64,000 nucleotides of DNA from Myxococcota bacterium (lineage in GTDB: Bacteria > Myxococcota_A > Polyangia > Polyangiales > Sandaracinaceae), in contig JAYZQJ010000014.1 in NCBI GenBank assembly GCA_036149055.1, positions 87,929 to 151,928 of the forward strand, read 5' to 3'. Each line of letters begins with the position of its first letter. Position 1 is the stretch's first letter. Shown piece by piece: positions 9,990 to 18,561 of the stretch. Below the pieces are notes generated by a model that was not told where the DNA came from, searched no databases, and saw only the letters and a list, made by a program, of their open reading frames with translations. A program made the position numbers and the translations under genes.

Positions 9990-10099
9990 TGCTGCTCCTC
10001 TCGCCCCGCTCCCCGCGAGGCCGTTCGAGCGGGTGAGCGCTCGCGGAGGGCGAGAGGCTCGACGCCTCCACACCCCGTGAAGGCTCACCAGCTCGTGCG

Positions 10100-10262
10100 C
10101 GCGGCAGGTCTCCTGGCTCGCCGGATCGTCCGGCCGGGCTGCCTTCCCGACGATCGCTCGTCAGTGGCGTCAGCGCCCGGACCGTCCCCGGTCACAGTGG
10201 CGGGGGCCGCGCCGGCTTCTCACCGGCTTCCCTTTCACTCCGCGCGAATCGCGGACCGCGTG
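10100..10262 (-). ncRNA. Cobalamin (B12) riboswitch
   Basis: Minus strand reads GGT-hairpin-GAAAGGGAAGCCGGTGAGAAGCCGGCGCGGCCCCCGCCACTGT...GCCACTG...GGGAAGGC...GAGCCAGGAGACCTGCC, the conserved B12-element boxes in order. Confidence 0.95.
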
Positions 10263-10359
10263 CACGTTCGTCGATTGTCAGGCGACGCCCCCACCCTGGG
10301 AGCGACGGCCCTCCTTATCCCCCGCTCGCGCCGCGGTCAAACGCCGTATGATGCGCGCG

Positions 10360-11625
10360 ATGCGCTGGACCGTGCTCACCGCTCTCTGCGCCCTGCTGCC
10401 CGCCTGCGTGGTGCCCTGCCCCGACGAGCCGCTCGCCCGGCCGAGCGAGCCGCCGGCCTTCGTGGTGCGATTGCACGACCGCCTGACGCCGCCCGAGCCG
10501 GGGGTGCCGGGCGTCGACCGGATCCTGCCGCCGATCGGCGCGGGCGAGTACGCCCTGCACGCGCTCTACGCCGCCGACGGCCGCCCGATCGCCGAGCGCT
10601 GGCTCGACACCGTGACCGTCTGGGAGGGCGCGACCGGCGTGGTCGACGCCGCCTCCGTCCTGCCGGCGCGCATGCGGCCGGGCGCGCTCACCCTGCTGCT
10701 CGCCGACGGGCCGCGCGCGCGGGTGCGCTTCGAGACGTCCAGCGGGCTCCTCCTCGGCCAGCGCGACACCTGGGGCGCGACCCCGGCCGCGGGCGGCGAG
10801 CTGGTGGCCCAGATCGATCTCGGCGACGGCACCGTGCTCCTGTCGCGCCGCCGCACCGACGCCTCGCCGGCCGGCGTCCTCTGGATCGACGCGGACGAGC
10901 GCGACGGCGAGCCGCGGGACGTCTTCGCGCTCGACGGGCTCTCGAGCGGCCGGGTCACGCCGGGCCGGGGCGCGCCGGCGGGGGTGGGCCGCGCGATCCT
11001 GACGGTCGGGCTGGAGGACGAGCCGGCGGCCGGCGCGGTCGCGCTGATCACCCCCGGCGACGACGACCTCAGCCGCTTCGAGCTGCCCGGGGTGTCGGGC
11101 TGCGTGGACGCCGCGCCGCTCGCGCCGGCCGGCGACGTGGCGCGGGTGGCCGTGCTCTGCGTCGGCGATCCGTCGAGCGCGGCGCGAGACGGCGCCGGGC
11201 TCGTGCTCCTCGAGGCGGCCCCGGCGCTCCCGCCGCGCGTCGCCGTCACCCGCGCGCAGGCCGAGCTCTTCGTCGACCACCCGCCGACCGGCGCCCTCGT
11301 CGCGCTCGCCGGGAGCTGGGTGGCCTACCTCTCGGCCGGCGACGAGGAGCGCGCGGACGCGCTGATCGCGGTCGACCTCACGAGCGACGCGGGCGCGATC
11401 CTCTGGGAGGAGGACCGCTCGGAGAGGTGGGGCGGCGCGCTCGGCGAGGGAGACTTCTCGCCCGGGACCGGGGAGCTGTGGTGGCCGAGCGTGGAGGAAG
11501 GCGTCTTGCGCTTCCAGCAGGTCGGCGAGGGCGCGGACGCCCGCTTCGACGTGCTCGCCGCCGCGCCGCCGCCGGGCTGCACGAACCTGCCCGCCCGTCA
11601 GGCGCGTCACCTGCCCGCGCCTTGA
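10360..11625 (+). CDS. Lipoprotein, unknown function (beta-rich, possible propeller)
   Basis: Lipobox LLPAC; start chosen 7 nt after TATGAT (10347-10352); alternative starts at 10348/10351. Confidence 0.65.
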   Translation: MRWTVLTALCALLPACVVPCPDEPLARPSEPPAFVVRLHDRLTPPEPGVPGVDRILPPIGAGEYALHALYAADGRPIAERWLDTVTVWEGATGVVDAASVLPARMRPGALTLLLADGPRARVRFETSSGLLLGQRDTWGATPAAGGELVAQIDLGDGTVLLSRRRTDASPAGVLWIDADERDGEPRDVFALDGLSSGRVTPGRGAPAGVGRAILTVGLEDEPAAGAVALITPGDDDLSRFELPGVSGCVDAAPLAPAGDVARVAVLCVGDPSSAARDGAGLVLLEAAPALPPRVAVTRAQAELFVDHPPTGALVALAGSWVAYLSAGDEERADALIAVDLTSDAGAILWEEDRSERWGGALGEGDFSPGTGELWWPSVEEGVLRFQQVGEGADARFDVLAAAPPPGCTNLPARQARHLPAP

Positions 11626-11661
11626 CCCGGACCGCGCGTCTCTGGTGTAACCCGGGGCGCG

Positions 11662-12510
11662 ATGACCCTGGTCGACCAGTTCGAGAGCGTCTTCCGCTCC
11701 GCCGAGCGCAGCCGCTACCGGTTCAGCGCCATCGACGTGAAGAAGGTGGTGCTGGTGACCGACCTCGACGCCGAGGCGGCGGCGGCGTTCCTCGCGAAGA
11801 CGAAGGCGTTCCTCGTGGAGCTCGAGGGCGCCGAGTGGGTGACCCTCGACAACGACGACTACGGCGACGTGGACGCGCTGCGAGACGCGGTCGCCGAGGC
11901 GCAGCCGGACTTGATCGTCAGCTACCGGAACGTCCGCTACAAGACGTGGCGCTGGCCCTACAGCCTCGGCGTCTACCTCAACGTGCTGACCCGCGAGACC
12001 CACTACCCGGTGCTCGTGATGCCGAACCCGCACGAGCTGCCCGACTGGACGGGCGGCGAGACCGAGGCGGTGATGGTGCTCGCCGATCACCTCACCGGCG
12101 ACGACGCGCTGGTGAACTGGGGCGTCCGCTTCGTGCGGCCCGAGGGCAAGCTCTTCCTCGCCCACGTCGAGGACGACGCCGTCTTCGAGCGCTACGTCGA
12201 CGTCATCGCGAAGCTGCCGAGCATCGACACCGAGGTGGCCCGCGAGGACATCCGCGAGCGGCTCGTGAAGGAGCCGCGCGACTACATCGAGAGCATCGGT
12301 GAGGTGCTGGCCGAGCAAGGCCACCTGACCCACGAGCTCGTCCCCGTCGTGCGCTGGGGCCACCGCCTCGGCGACTACGTGAAGCTCATCGAGGAGCACG
12401 ACGTGGATCTGCTCGTCTTCCACACCAAGGAGGAGGACGACCTCGCGCTGCACGGCAAGGCCTACTCGCTCGCCGTCCGCCTGCGCGACGTGCCGATCCT
12501 CATGCTGTGA
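11662..12510 (+). CDS. Universal stress protein-like protein
   Basis: Tandem USP-like alpha/beta pattern (VVLVTD, DLIV, PVLVMP; LFLAHV, DLLV, VPILML); coupled to the permease. Confidence 0.7.
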   Translation: MTLVDQFESVFRSAERSRYRFSAIDVKKVVLVTDLDAEAAAAFLAKTKAFLVELEGAEWVTLDNDDYGDVDALRDAVAEAQPDLIVSYRNVRYKTWRWPYSLGVYLNVLTRETHYPVLVMPNPHELPDWTGGETEAVMVLADHLTGDDALVNWGVRFVRPEGKLFLAHVEDDAVFERYVDVIAKLPSIDTEVAREDIRERLVKEPRDYIESIGEVLAEQGHLTHELVPVVRWGHRLGDYVKLIEEHDVDLLVFHTKEEDDLALHGKAYSLAVRLRDVPILML

Positions 12511-13892
12511 TGCCCGAAGCCGTCGCCGAGACGATCGTCGACCCCCACGTGCCCACCTGGGTCACCGCGCTCTTCGGCGCGATCCTGGTGCTGATGGTCC
12601 TCGCGCTCGCGCTCGAGGAGAAGCTGCACGCCAAGAAGTCCTTCATCACCGGCGTCGCCGCGGTGGTCAGCCTCGCGCTCGCCGAGGCGCTGCACCTGCT
12701 GCCCACCGACGACCTGACCAACTCGCTCCACGAGCACGTGGAGATGCCGGTCTACATCGCCGCGATCGACTGGGGCGTCATCGCGATCATCCTCGGCTCG
12801 AGCATCTTCGTCGACGTCACCAGCAAGTCGGGGCTCTTCGCGTGGATCGCGATCCGGCTGACCCGCGCCAGCAAGGGCGATCCCTTCTGGCTGCTCGTCT
12901 ACTACGGCCTGATGACGGTGGTGTTCAGCGCGATGCTGAACAACGTCACCTCGATGATCATCGTCGGCTCGCTCTCCGGCGTGTCGCTGAAGAAGCTGAA
13001 GCGCACCGAGCTGCTGCTCGGCTTCCTGATGGTCGAGGGGCTGCTGACGAACATCGGCGGCCTCCTGACCCTGATCAGCTCGGTGCCCAACATCATCGTC
13101 GGCCAGACGGCGGGCATCAGCTTCGTGGACTTCTTCCTCGTCGCCAGCCCCTACGTCGTGGTCGGCACGGCGGTCACGCTGCTCCTCGGCGCGCGCCTCT
13201 TCGGCATCCGGCGCCTGACCGACGACGAGCGCGAGGAGGCCCAGGCCCTGGTCGACACCTTCGACGAGAACGAGAGCATCGAGAGCCGCGGCTTCTTCAC
13301 CTACGGCGCGGTGATGAGCGTGCTCTTCATCGTCGCCATCGCCACCGCGAGCGTCACCCCGGTGGTGAGCGAGCTCGGCATGGGCTTCGTCGCCCTCGCC
13401 TTCGCGGCCGCGATGCTGCTGCGCTTCAAGAGCGAGGTCGACCGCTTCTACCAGGCGGTCGACTGGGACCTCATCGGCTTCTTCGCCGCGCTCTTCATCG
13501 TCATCAACGTGATGGAGCACGCCCACGTGCTCGAGGCCATCGGGGTCGGGCTCGCGAAGATCCTCGAGCTGCCCGGCGAGAGCGGGACGCTGCTGGTGAG
13601 CGCGGCCGCCGCCTCGAGCGTGACCGACAACATCCCGCTGGCGGCGATGCTCGCGAACATCCTCCGCGGCCTCGGCACCGCCGGCGACTCGCCGCTCTGG
13701 TGGTCGGTGGTCTTCGGCGCGAACCTCGGCGGCAACCTCACCCCGATCGGCTCGGCCTCGACGGTGGTCGCGGTGACGCTGATGAACAAGCACCGGCTCG
13801 GCGTGAGCTTCGGCGGCTTCGTGCGAAGGGCCCTCCCCTTCGCCGCGGTGCAGCTGATCCTCGCGGTGGCCTATGTGATGATCTTCCTGTGA
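12507..13892 (+). CDS. ArsB/NhaD/SLC13-type (ion transporter superfamily) permease
   Basis: About 12 TM segments; S..LNNVT, NIGG..T.I..PN, DNIP and ANLGGN.TPIGS motifs. Confidence 0.88.
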   Translation: MMPEAVAETIVDPHVPTWVTALFGAILVLMVLALALEEKLHAKKSFITGVAAVVSLALAEALHLLPTDDLTNSLHEHVEMPVYIAAIDWGVIAIILGSSIFVDVTSKSGLFAWIAIRLTRASKGDPFWLLVYYGLMTVVFSAMLNNVTSMIIVGSLSGVSLKKLKRTELLLGFLMVEGLLTNIGGLLTLISSVPNIIVGQTAGISFVDFFLVASPYVVVGTAVTLLLGARLFGIRRLTDDEREEAQALVDTFDENESIESRGFFTYGAVMSVLFIVAIATASVTPVVSELGMGFVALAFAAAMLLRFKSEVDRFYQAVDWDLIGFFAALFIVINVMEHAHVLEAIGVGLAKILELPGESGTLLVSAAAASSVTDNIPLAAMLANILRGLGTAGDSPLWWSVVFGANLGGNLTPIGSASTVVAVTLMNKHRLGVSFGGFVRRALPFAAVQLILAVAYVMIFL

Positions 13893-14641
13893 CGCCGCGC
13901 ACGATCTTCTTCCTGAGCGACTTCGGCACCCGCGACGTGTACGTGGGCGTGGTGGAGGCGGTGATCCACCGCGTCGCGCCCGACGCCCGGGTGATCCACC
14001 TCGGTCACGGCATCCCGCCGCAGGACCTCCGCAACGCGAGCTGGCAGCTGTGGGCGGCGGCGCCGCACCTGCCGGAGGGCTCGGTGGTGCTCGCGGTCAT
14101 CGACCCGGGCGTCGGCTCGGCGCGCCACGCGGTCGTCGTCGAGACCGATCGCCGGATCTACGTCGCGCCCGACAACGGCCTGCTCGAGGCGACGCTCGCG
14201 CGAGAGACGGTGAAGACCGCGCGCGCGCTCACGAACCCCGCCTACCGGCTCGACGAGGTCTCGAACACCTTCCACGGCCGCGACGTGTTCGGCCCCGCCG
14301 CCGCCCACCTCAGCCAGGGCGAGCGCCCCGAGCGCTTCGGCGACGAGGTGGAGTCGCTCGCGACCCTCGGCGTGCTCCCCCGCGACGCCGGCTACGGAGA
14401 GATCTGGACCTTCGACCACTTCGGCAACGCGCTGACCACCATGCTCGCGCCGAGCGCCGCGCCCGACGCGGTCACGGTCGCCGGCCGGCGCGTGCCCTGG
14501 GCCGAGACCTACGCGTCGGTGCAGCCCGGAGAGGCGCTGGCCCTGCGCGGCTCGAGCGGGCTGATCGAGCTGAGCGTGCGCGAGGGCTCCGCCCGCGAGG
14601 CGCTGGGCCTCCGCGAAGGCGCCGAGGTCCGGGTAGTCTGA
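13889..14641 (+). CDS. SAM hydrolase (DUF62; SAM-dependent chlorinase/fluorinase family)
   Basis: GTG overlapping the upstream stop; LSDFG..D.YV, VIDPGVGSAR, PDNG, TFHGRD.F and D.FGN motifs. Confidence 0.9.
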   Translation: MTPRTIFFLSDFGTRDVYVGVVEAVIHRVAPDARVIHLGHGIPPQDLRNASWQLWAAAPHLPEGSVVLAVIDPGVGSARHAVVVETDRRIYVAPDNGLLEATLARETVKTARALTNPAYRLDEVSNTFHGRDVFGPAAAHLSQGERPERFGDEVESLATLGVLPRDAGYGEIWTFDHFGNALTTMLAPSAAPDAVTVAGRRVPWAETYASVQPGEALALRGSSGLIELSVREGSAREALGLREGAEVRVV

Positions 14642-14645
14642 GCAG

Positions 14646-15347
14646 TCACCCGACGAGCAGCGCCGTGCACTCCGGGACCCGGGTCCAGCCCTCCTCGCGG
14701 ATCCGCGCGACGAGCGGCTCGCCGAAGAAGCCGCCCATGACCCGCGCCGCCGCCTCGACGTCGTCGAAGACGTAGTCGCTCCGGTGCCAGGCGCGCGTGA
14801 AGCCGTGCGCCGCCTCGAGGTGCTCGAAGTAGACGTCGAGGGCCGAGCCGGTGCGGGGCACCTCGTGCCCCGTGCCGAGGGTCTCCAGGATCACCACCGC
14901 GCCGCCGGGCTTCACGACCCGCCGCATCTCGGCGATGGCCTGGTCGACCTCCTCGCGCCAGCCGTCCGGCATCCAGTGCCGGAAGTGGCCGAAGACCCAC
15001 CCGGCGACCGCGTGATCCACCGACGCGTCCTCGAGCGGCAAGGCCCGCGCGTCGGCCACGTGGAAGCGCGCGCGATCGCCGGCGCCCTCGAGCCGCCGCC
15101 GGGCGACGTCGAGCATCGGGGCCGCGCGCTCGACGAGCTCCAGCCGGGCCGCGCGATCGACGAGCCAGCGCGAGAGCCGGCCGGTGCCCGCCCCCACGTC
15201 GACCACCCGCGCTCCGTCGAAGGGCGCCGCGGCGAGGAACGCGTCCCGCAGCCGTCCGTCGGCGTCCTCGGCCGAGATCAGCGCGTCGTACTCGTCCGCG
15301 CGCTCCAGGTAGACGCGGGCCTGCGCGTCGCTCTCACGGTCACTCAT
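14646..15347 (-). CDS. Class I SAM-dependent methyltransferase
   Basis: VVDVGAGTG motif I, ADARALP..D.S.D, RVVKPGG. Confidence 0.88.
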   Translation of the reverse strand: MSDRESDAQARVYLERADEYDALISAEDADGRLRDAFLAAAPFDGARVVDVGAGTGRLSRWLVDRAARLELVERAAPMLDVARRRLEGAGDRARFHVADARALPLEDASVDHAVAGWVFGHFRHWMPDGWREEVDQAIAEMRRVVKPGGAVVILETLGTGHEVPRTGSALDVYFEHLEAAHGFTRAWHRSDYVFDDVEAAARVMGGFFGEPLVARIREEGWTRVPECTALLVG

Positions 15348-15391
15348 GCGCCTTCGTAGCATCGGCGCCGTCCGGAGCTACCTGCCCGATC

Positions 15392-16297
15392 GTGGGTCGC
15401 CTCGTCTCGCTCGCCCTGATGGCCGCGCTCCTGGCTCCGTCGCCGGCCCTCGCCGTGCGCGAAGGCGAGCGAGCGCCGGGGCTGGACCTCGTCGACGACA
15501 ACGGCCGCCGCGTCACCTGGCAGCGCTACCGCGGCCGCGTCCTGGTGGTGAGCACCTGGGCCTCGTGGTGCCACCCGTGCATGGACGAGCTGCCGTCGCT
15601 CCAGCGCCTCTACGCCCGCCACTACCGCCGCGGCCTCCGCGTCCTCGGCGTCAACGTCGACCGCGACGTCGACACGATGGAGCGCGCGGCGCGCGAGCTC
15701 GGCGTGCGCTTCCCGCAGGTGCACGACCCCGAGCGGCGCTTCGCGCGGCGGTGGGGGGCGCGCACGATCCCGATGCTGTGGGTCGTCGACGCGCGGGGCG
15801 TCGTGCGGCACGTGCAAGGAGGCTACGAGCCGGGAGACGAGAGGAGGGTCGAGCGGGTGGTGCGGCGGTTGCTCGGGGCGGAGGAGAGTGAAGGCGACGC
15901 CGACGCCCCGGATGAGGCCGAGCCCGAACCCGTATCCGAGCCTGAGTCCGAGTCCGAGTCCGAGTCCGAGTCCGAGTCCGAGTCCGAGGCCGAGTCCGAG
16001 TCCGAAGCCGAGCCCGAAGCCGAGCCCGAAGCCGAGGCCGAGTCCGAGGTCGAGGCCGAGTCCGAGGCCGAGGCCGAGTCCGAGTCCGAAGCCGAGCCCG
16101 AAGCCGAGCCCGTGGCCGAGCCCGTGGCGCCGGTCGGGGGGCCGCGGCCGGTGGCGCCGGCGGGGAGCAACCGGGCGGGAGGGCTCTGCAGCGCGGGGCG
16201 CTCGCCGGGGAGCCGCGGGGCGGCGCTCGCGCTGGTCGCGCTGTTGGGGGCCTGCGGGGTGCGGAGGCGGCGGAGGTCGCGGCCGTCGAGGGGGTGA
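15392..16297 (+). CDS. TlpA-like thioredoxin-fold protein with acidic stalk and MYXO-CTERM-like anchor
   Basis: Signal peptide, [17 protein letters not shown] repeats, GGLCS...hydrophobic...RRRRR tail. Confidence 0.85.
   Translation: MGRLVSLALMAALLAPSPALAVREGERAPGLDLVDDNGRRVTWQRYRGRVLVVSTWASWCHPCMDELPSLQRLYARHYRRGLRVLGVNVDRDVDTMERAARELGVRFPQVHDPERRFARRWGARTIPMLWVVDARGVVRHVQGGYEPGDERRVERVVRRLLGAEESEGDADAPDEAEPEPVSEPESESESESESESESEAESESEAEPEAEPEAEAESEVEAESEAEAESESEAEPEAEPVAEPVAPVGGPRPVAPAGSNRAGGLCSAGRSPGSRGAALALVALLGACGVRRRRRSRPSRG
15944..16110 (+). repeat. Coding hexamer microsatellite, (GAGTCC)7 then degenerate GAG/GAA-NCC units
   Basis: Seven perfect GAGTCC at 15944-15985, continuing as gaggcc/gagccc/gaagcc. 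Confidence 0.9.
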
Positions 16298-16330
16298 CGG
16301 CGTCGCCCGGACGCGGCACCGTGATCCAGA

Positions 16331-16669
16331 TTGGCGGTGCAGGTGGGTGAGCGAGTCGGCAAGCGAGCGTGGGTGACGGCGCTCGTGCTCAGCGTGATCG
16401 TCGGGCTCGTCGGAGTGCTCTGGGCCGTGCTGCTGACCGTGATGGGCGGTCTCATGGAGGCCGGGGCGCTCTTCGGGCGGGGCGGCGGCGGCGCGCACTA
16501 CGCCGCGCAAGGGGCGGCGCTGATCGGGCTCGCCGCCTGCGTCTCGGCCGGACCGCTGCTCCTCGGCGTCGGCCTCGCGGCCACGCGGCGACGCGGCCCC
16601 GTCATCACCGCCTACGTCGTCGCCGGGCTGGCCCTCGTCCTCCCGTGGTGCGCGCTGCTGCTGCGGTGA
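16331..16669 (+). CDS. Small membrane protein (about 3 TM)
   Basis: Hydrophobic ORF with GC3-biased codons; start uncertain. Confidence 0.6.
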   Translation: MAVQVGERVGKRAWVTALVLSVIVGLVGVLWAVLLTVMGGLMEAGALFGRGGGGAHYAAQGAALIGLAACVSAGPLLLGVGLAATRRRGPVITAYVVAGLALVLPWCALLLR

Positions 16670-16716
16670 CGAAGAGGAGAGCCCCGCGCTCGTCCCTTCA
16701 ACCGAGAAGGCAGCGT

Positions 16717-17394
16717 TCACCCCTCGAGGCCAGGCTCGCGCGTCGTCTCGATCCAGAGCCGGCGGAGCCGGCGTGGGCTGCAGTCGCTCAGCGCAGCGCG
16801 TCCGTGCAAGATCCGGCGATTGTCGACGAACAGCAGCTCACCTGGCGCGAGCCTGATCTCGAGCGCTCGACGCTCGGCCTCGCCAAGCGCCGCGCGCAGC
16901 GACCGGAGCGCGCGACGCCCTTCGGGAGTCGCATCGACCGGCGCCAGCCAGGGCGCATGGAAGAGCGCCAGGCAACCGCCGCGGCGCGAGACGACCGGGG
17001 TGAGCGTAGCGGGGTCACCGAGCCGGACCATGGCGGGCAGCCTCGTCCGCTCCAGCTGAGCGATCGTCTCGGCCGAGAGGCGGCCGAGCACCTCGTGACC
17101 ATCGACCAGCCGCGAGGCCCCGACGTGGTCATCCTGCGCCTCGCATCGCCAGCCGATGAGGTCCGCCCGCGAGTGATCCGTGTGGACCGGGATGGGGCCG
17201 GGGCTCGCGAGGTAGGTACGGCTCCCAGGTCGCACGCGTACGGACGTGTCGCCGACGATCCGTCCGAGATCCCGCGCAATCGCCAGCAGCTGAGCGTCGG
17301 AGTGGTAGCCCCGCAGCCACGCGACCCCGGACGCGCGCACGCCGCGAACGACGTGACGCGCGCCCGGGCAGCAACGCTCGTTCAGGACTTGCAC
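16717..17394 (-). CDS. TauD/TfdA-like Fe(II)/2-oxoglutarate-dependent oxygenase
   Basis: HTD...C......G.S.LVDG and L.PG..LFVDNRRILHGR...R.L.R.W: HxD...H triad plus 2OG-binding Arg; overlaps the upstream gene by 13 bp. Confidence 0.85.
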   Translation of the reverse strand: MQVLNERCCPGARHVVRGVRASGVAWLRGYHSDAQLLAIARDLGRIVGDTSVRVRPGSRTYLASPGPIPVHTDHSRADLIGWRCEAQDDHVGASRLVDGHEVLGRLSAETIAQLERTRLPAMVRLGDPATLTPVVSRRGGCLALFHAPWLAPVDATPEGRRALRSLRAALGEAERRALEIRLAPGELLFVDNRRILHGRAALSDCSPRRLRRLWIETTREPGLEG

Positions 17395-17879
17395 GCGTGC
17401 CAGCAGCGGTTCGAGCAGTCGTGCCAGCAGCTCGTGGCGCTCGACGCCTGGTCCGGCATCCGCTCCACGTAGGGCTCACCGTACTCGAGCTCCCAGCGCC
17501 GCGCGAAATCACGGAAGGCCCGCTTCAGCACCGGAAGCTCCCCGGGACCCAGACCAAAGCCCCCGTCGTGGTCGAAGATCCGGCCGAAGAGGCGCATGCA
17601 ATCCGCGTAGTACGCGACCGGATGCAGCATGTGCAGGTGCCAGAGCTCGTCGATCTCCAGCGTCGGGGTGGCGCGCACCCCCGGATGCTTCGCGGCCAGG
17701 CTCAGGAACATTTCGTAGCGGCGAGCCTCGAGCACGCGCTTCTCGTGGCTCCAGTCTCGCGGAAACGTCGATGAGCGGTAGCTCGCGGCGACGAGATCCA
17801 CGCCGAGCTCGAGGCCGGCGTCGTCGCGTACCTCCGGATGCGGAGCGGGCGCAGGGCTGACAGAGAGGGTGGTGTTCAC
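17382..17879 (-). CDS. Glycine-rich-domain (GRDP/DUF1399)-like His/Cys metalloprotein with C-terminal CWHDCSNRCWHAC tail
   Basis: Y..FL.L.....P...ID..WH.H.L.P..Y..DC....G...DH motif; GTG at 17879 preceded by AAAGG. Confidence 0.75.
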   Translation of the reverse strand: MNTTLSVSPAPAPHPEVRDDAGLELGVDLVAASYRSSTFPRDWSHEKRVLEARRYEMFLSLAAKHPGVRATPTLEIDELWHLHMLHPVAYYADCMRLFGRIFDHDGGFGLGPGELPVLKRAFRDFARRWELEYGEPYVERMPDQASSATSCWHDCSNRCWHACKS

Positions 17880-18039
17880 GGTCGTTGCCTTTCGTTGGGT
17901 GCAGGTGGACAGAGCTCGGGCGCACGAGCGCGACCGAGTCGGAGGGATGGAGAGAAGAAGGAGGGGAAGCCTCGGGGTCCCGCAGGGGCGTTCGCCCCAT
18001 CTCACGGGCGTGGAGGCTGCGGCGCTGCTCGTCGGACCT

Positions 18040-18561
18040 TCAGAGGCGCGCGTACGCAGCGCCCACCACGTCCGCGTCGGCGGAGAGCTCTCGACGGAGT
18101 TTCTCCCGGGCGGCGGTGAGGTAGCGCTTCACGGTCGCGAGGCTGACCCCGATGGCGGCGGCCACCTCTTCGAGGGACATGCCCTCACCGTGTCGCAGCT
18201 CGAACGCGATCTGGTGGTCGGTGGGCAGCGCCTGGAGACCCCGCACCAGGCGGTTGCGCCCATCGAGTCGACTGCTGAGCGAGCGCCCCACGTCCATCGC
18301 GGTGTGAACGGTGCTGTCGAATGGCGTGGTCGGACGCTGGCGGTCGTAGAACTTGAGGACCTGAAACCGGGCAATTCCCCAGAGGTAGGCGCGCTCGCCG
18401 TGCGTCGCCCGAGCACGCCCGTCGACGAAGGCGAGCATGGTCGCCTGCACCAGGTCGAGCACGTCGCTGTCGGGGACCTTGGTGTGGAAGAAGCGGCGCA
18501 GCCGCGGCCACTCGTCCCGAATCAGCTGCTCGAGCAGCGCGTCTCGCGTCGTCGTCATCAT
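18040..18561 (-). CDS. ECF RNA polymerase sigma factor
   Basis: Region 2 (DLVQ.T...YLWGIAR) and region 4 (ALP...F.LR..EGMS.EEVA...G.S..TVK..L..AR). Confidence 0.9.
   Translation of the reverse strand: MMTTTRDALLEQLIRDEWPRLRRFFHTKVPDSDVLDLVQATMLAFVDGRARATHGERAYLWGIARFQVLKFYDRQRPTTPFDSTVHTAMDVGRSLSSRLDGRNRLVRGLQALPTDHQIAFELRHGEGMSLEEVAAAIGVSLATVKRYLTAAREKLRRELSADADVVGAAYARL

Noticed and set aside
13889..14641. SAM-dependent halogenase (fluorinase/chlorinase)
   Set aside because: It retains the Asp (VIDPG), Arg (GSAR) and His (TFHGRD) triad typical of DUF62 SAM hydrolases
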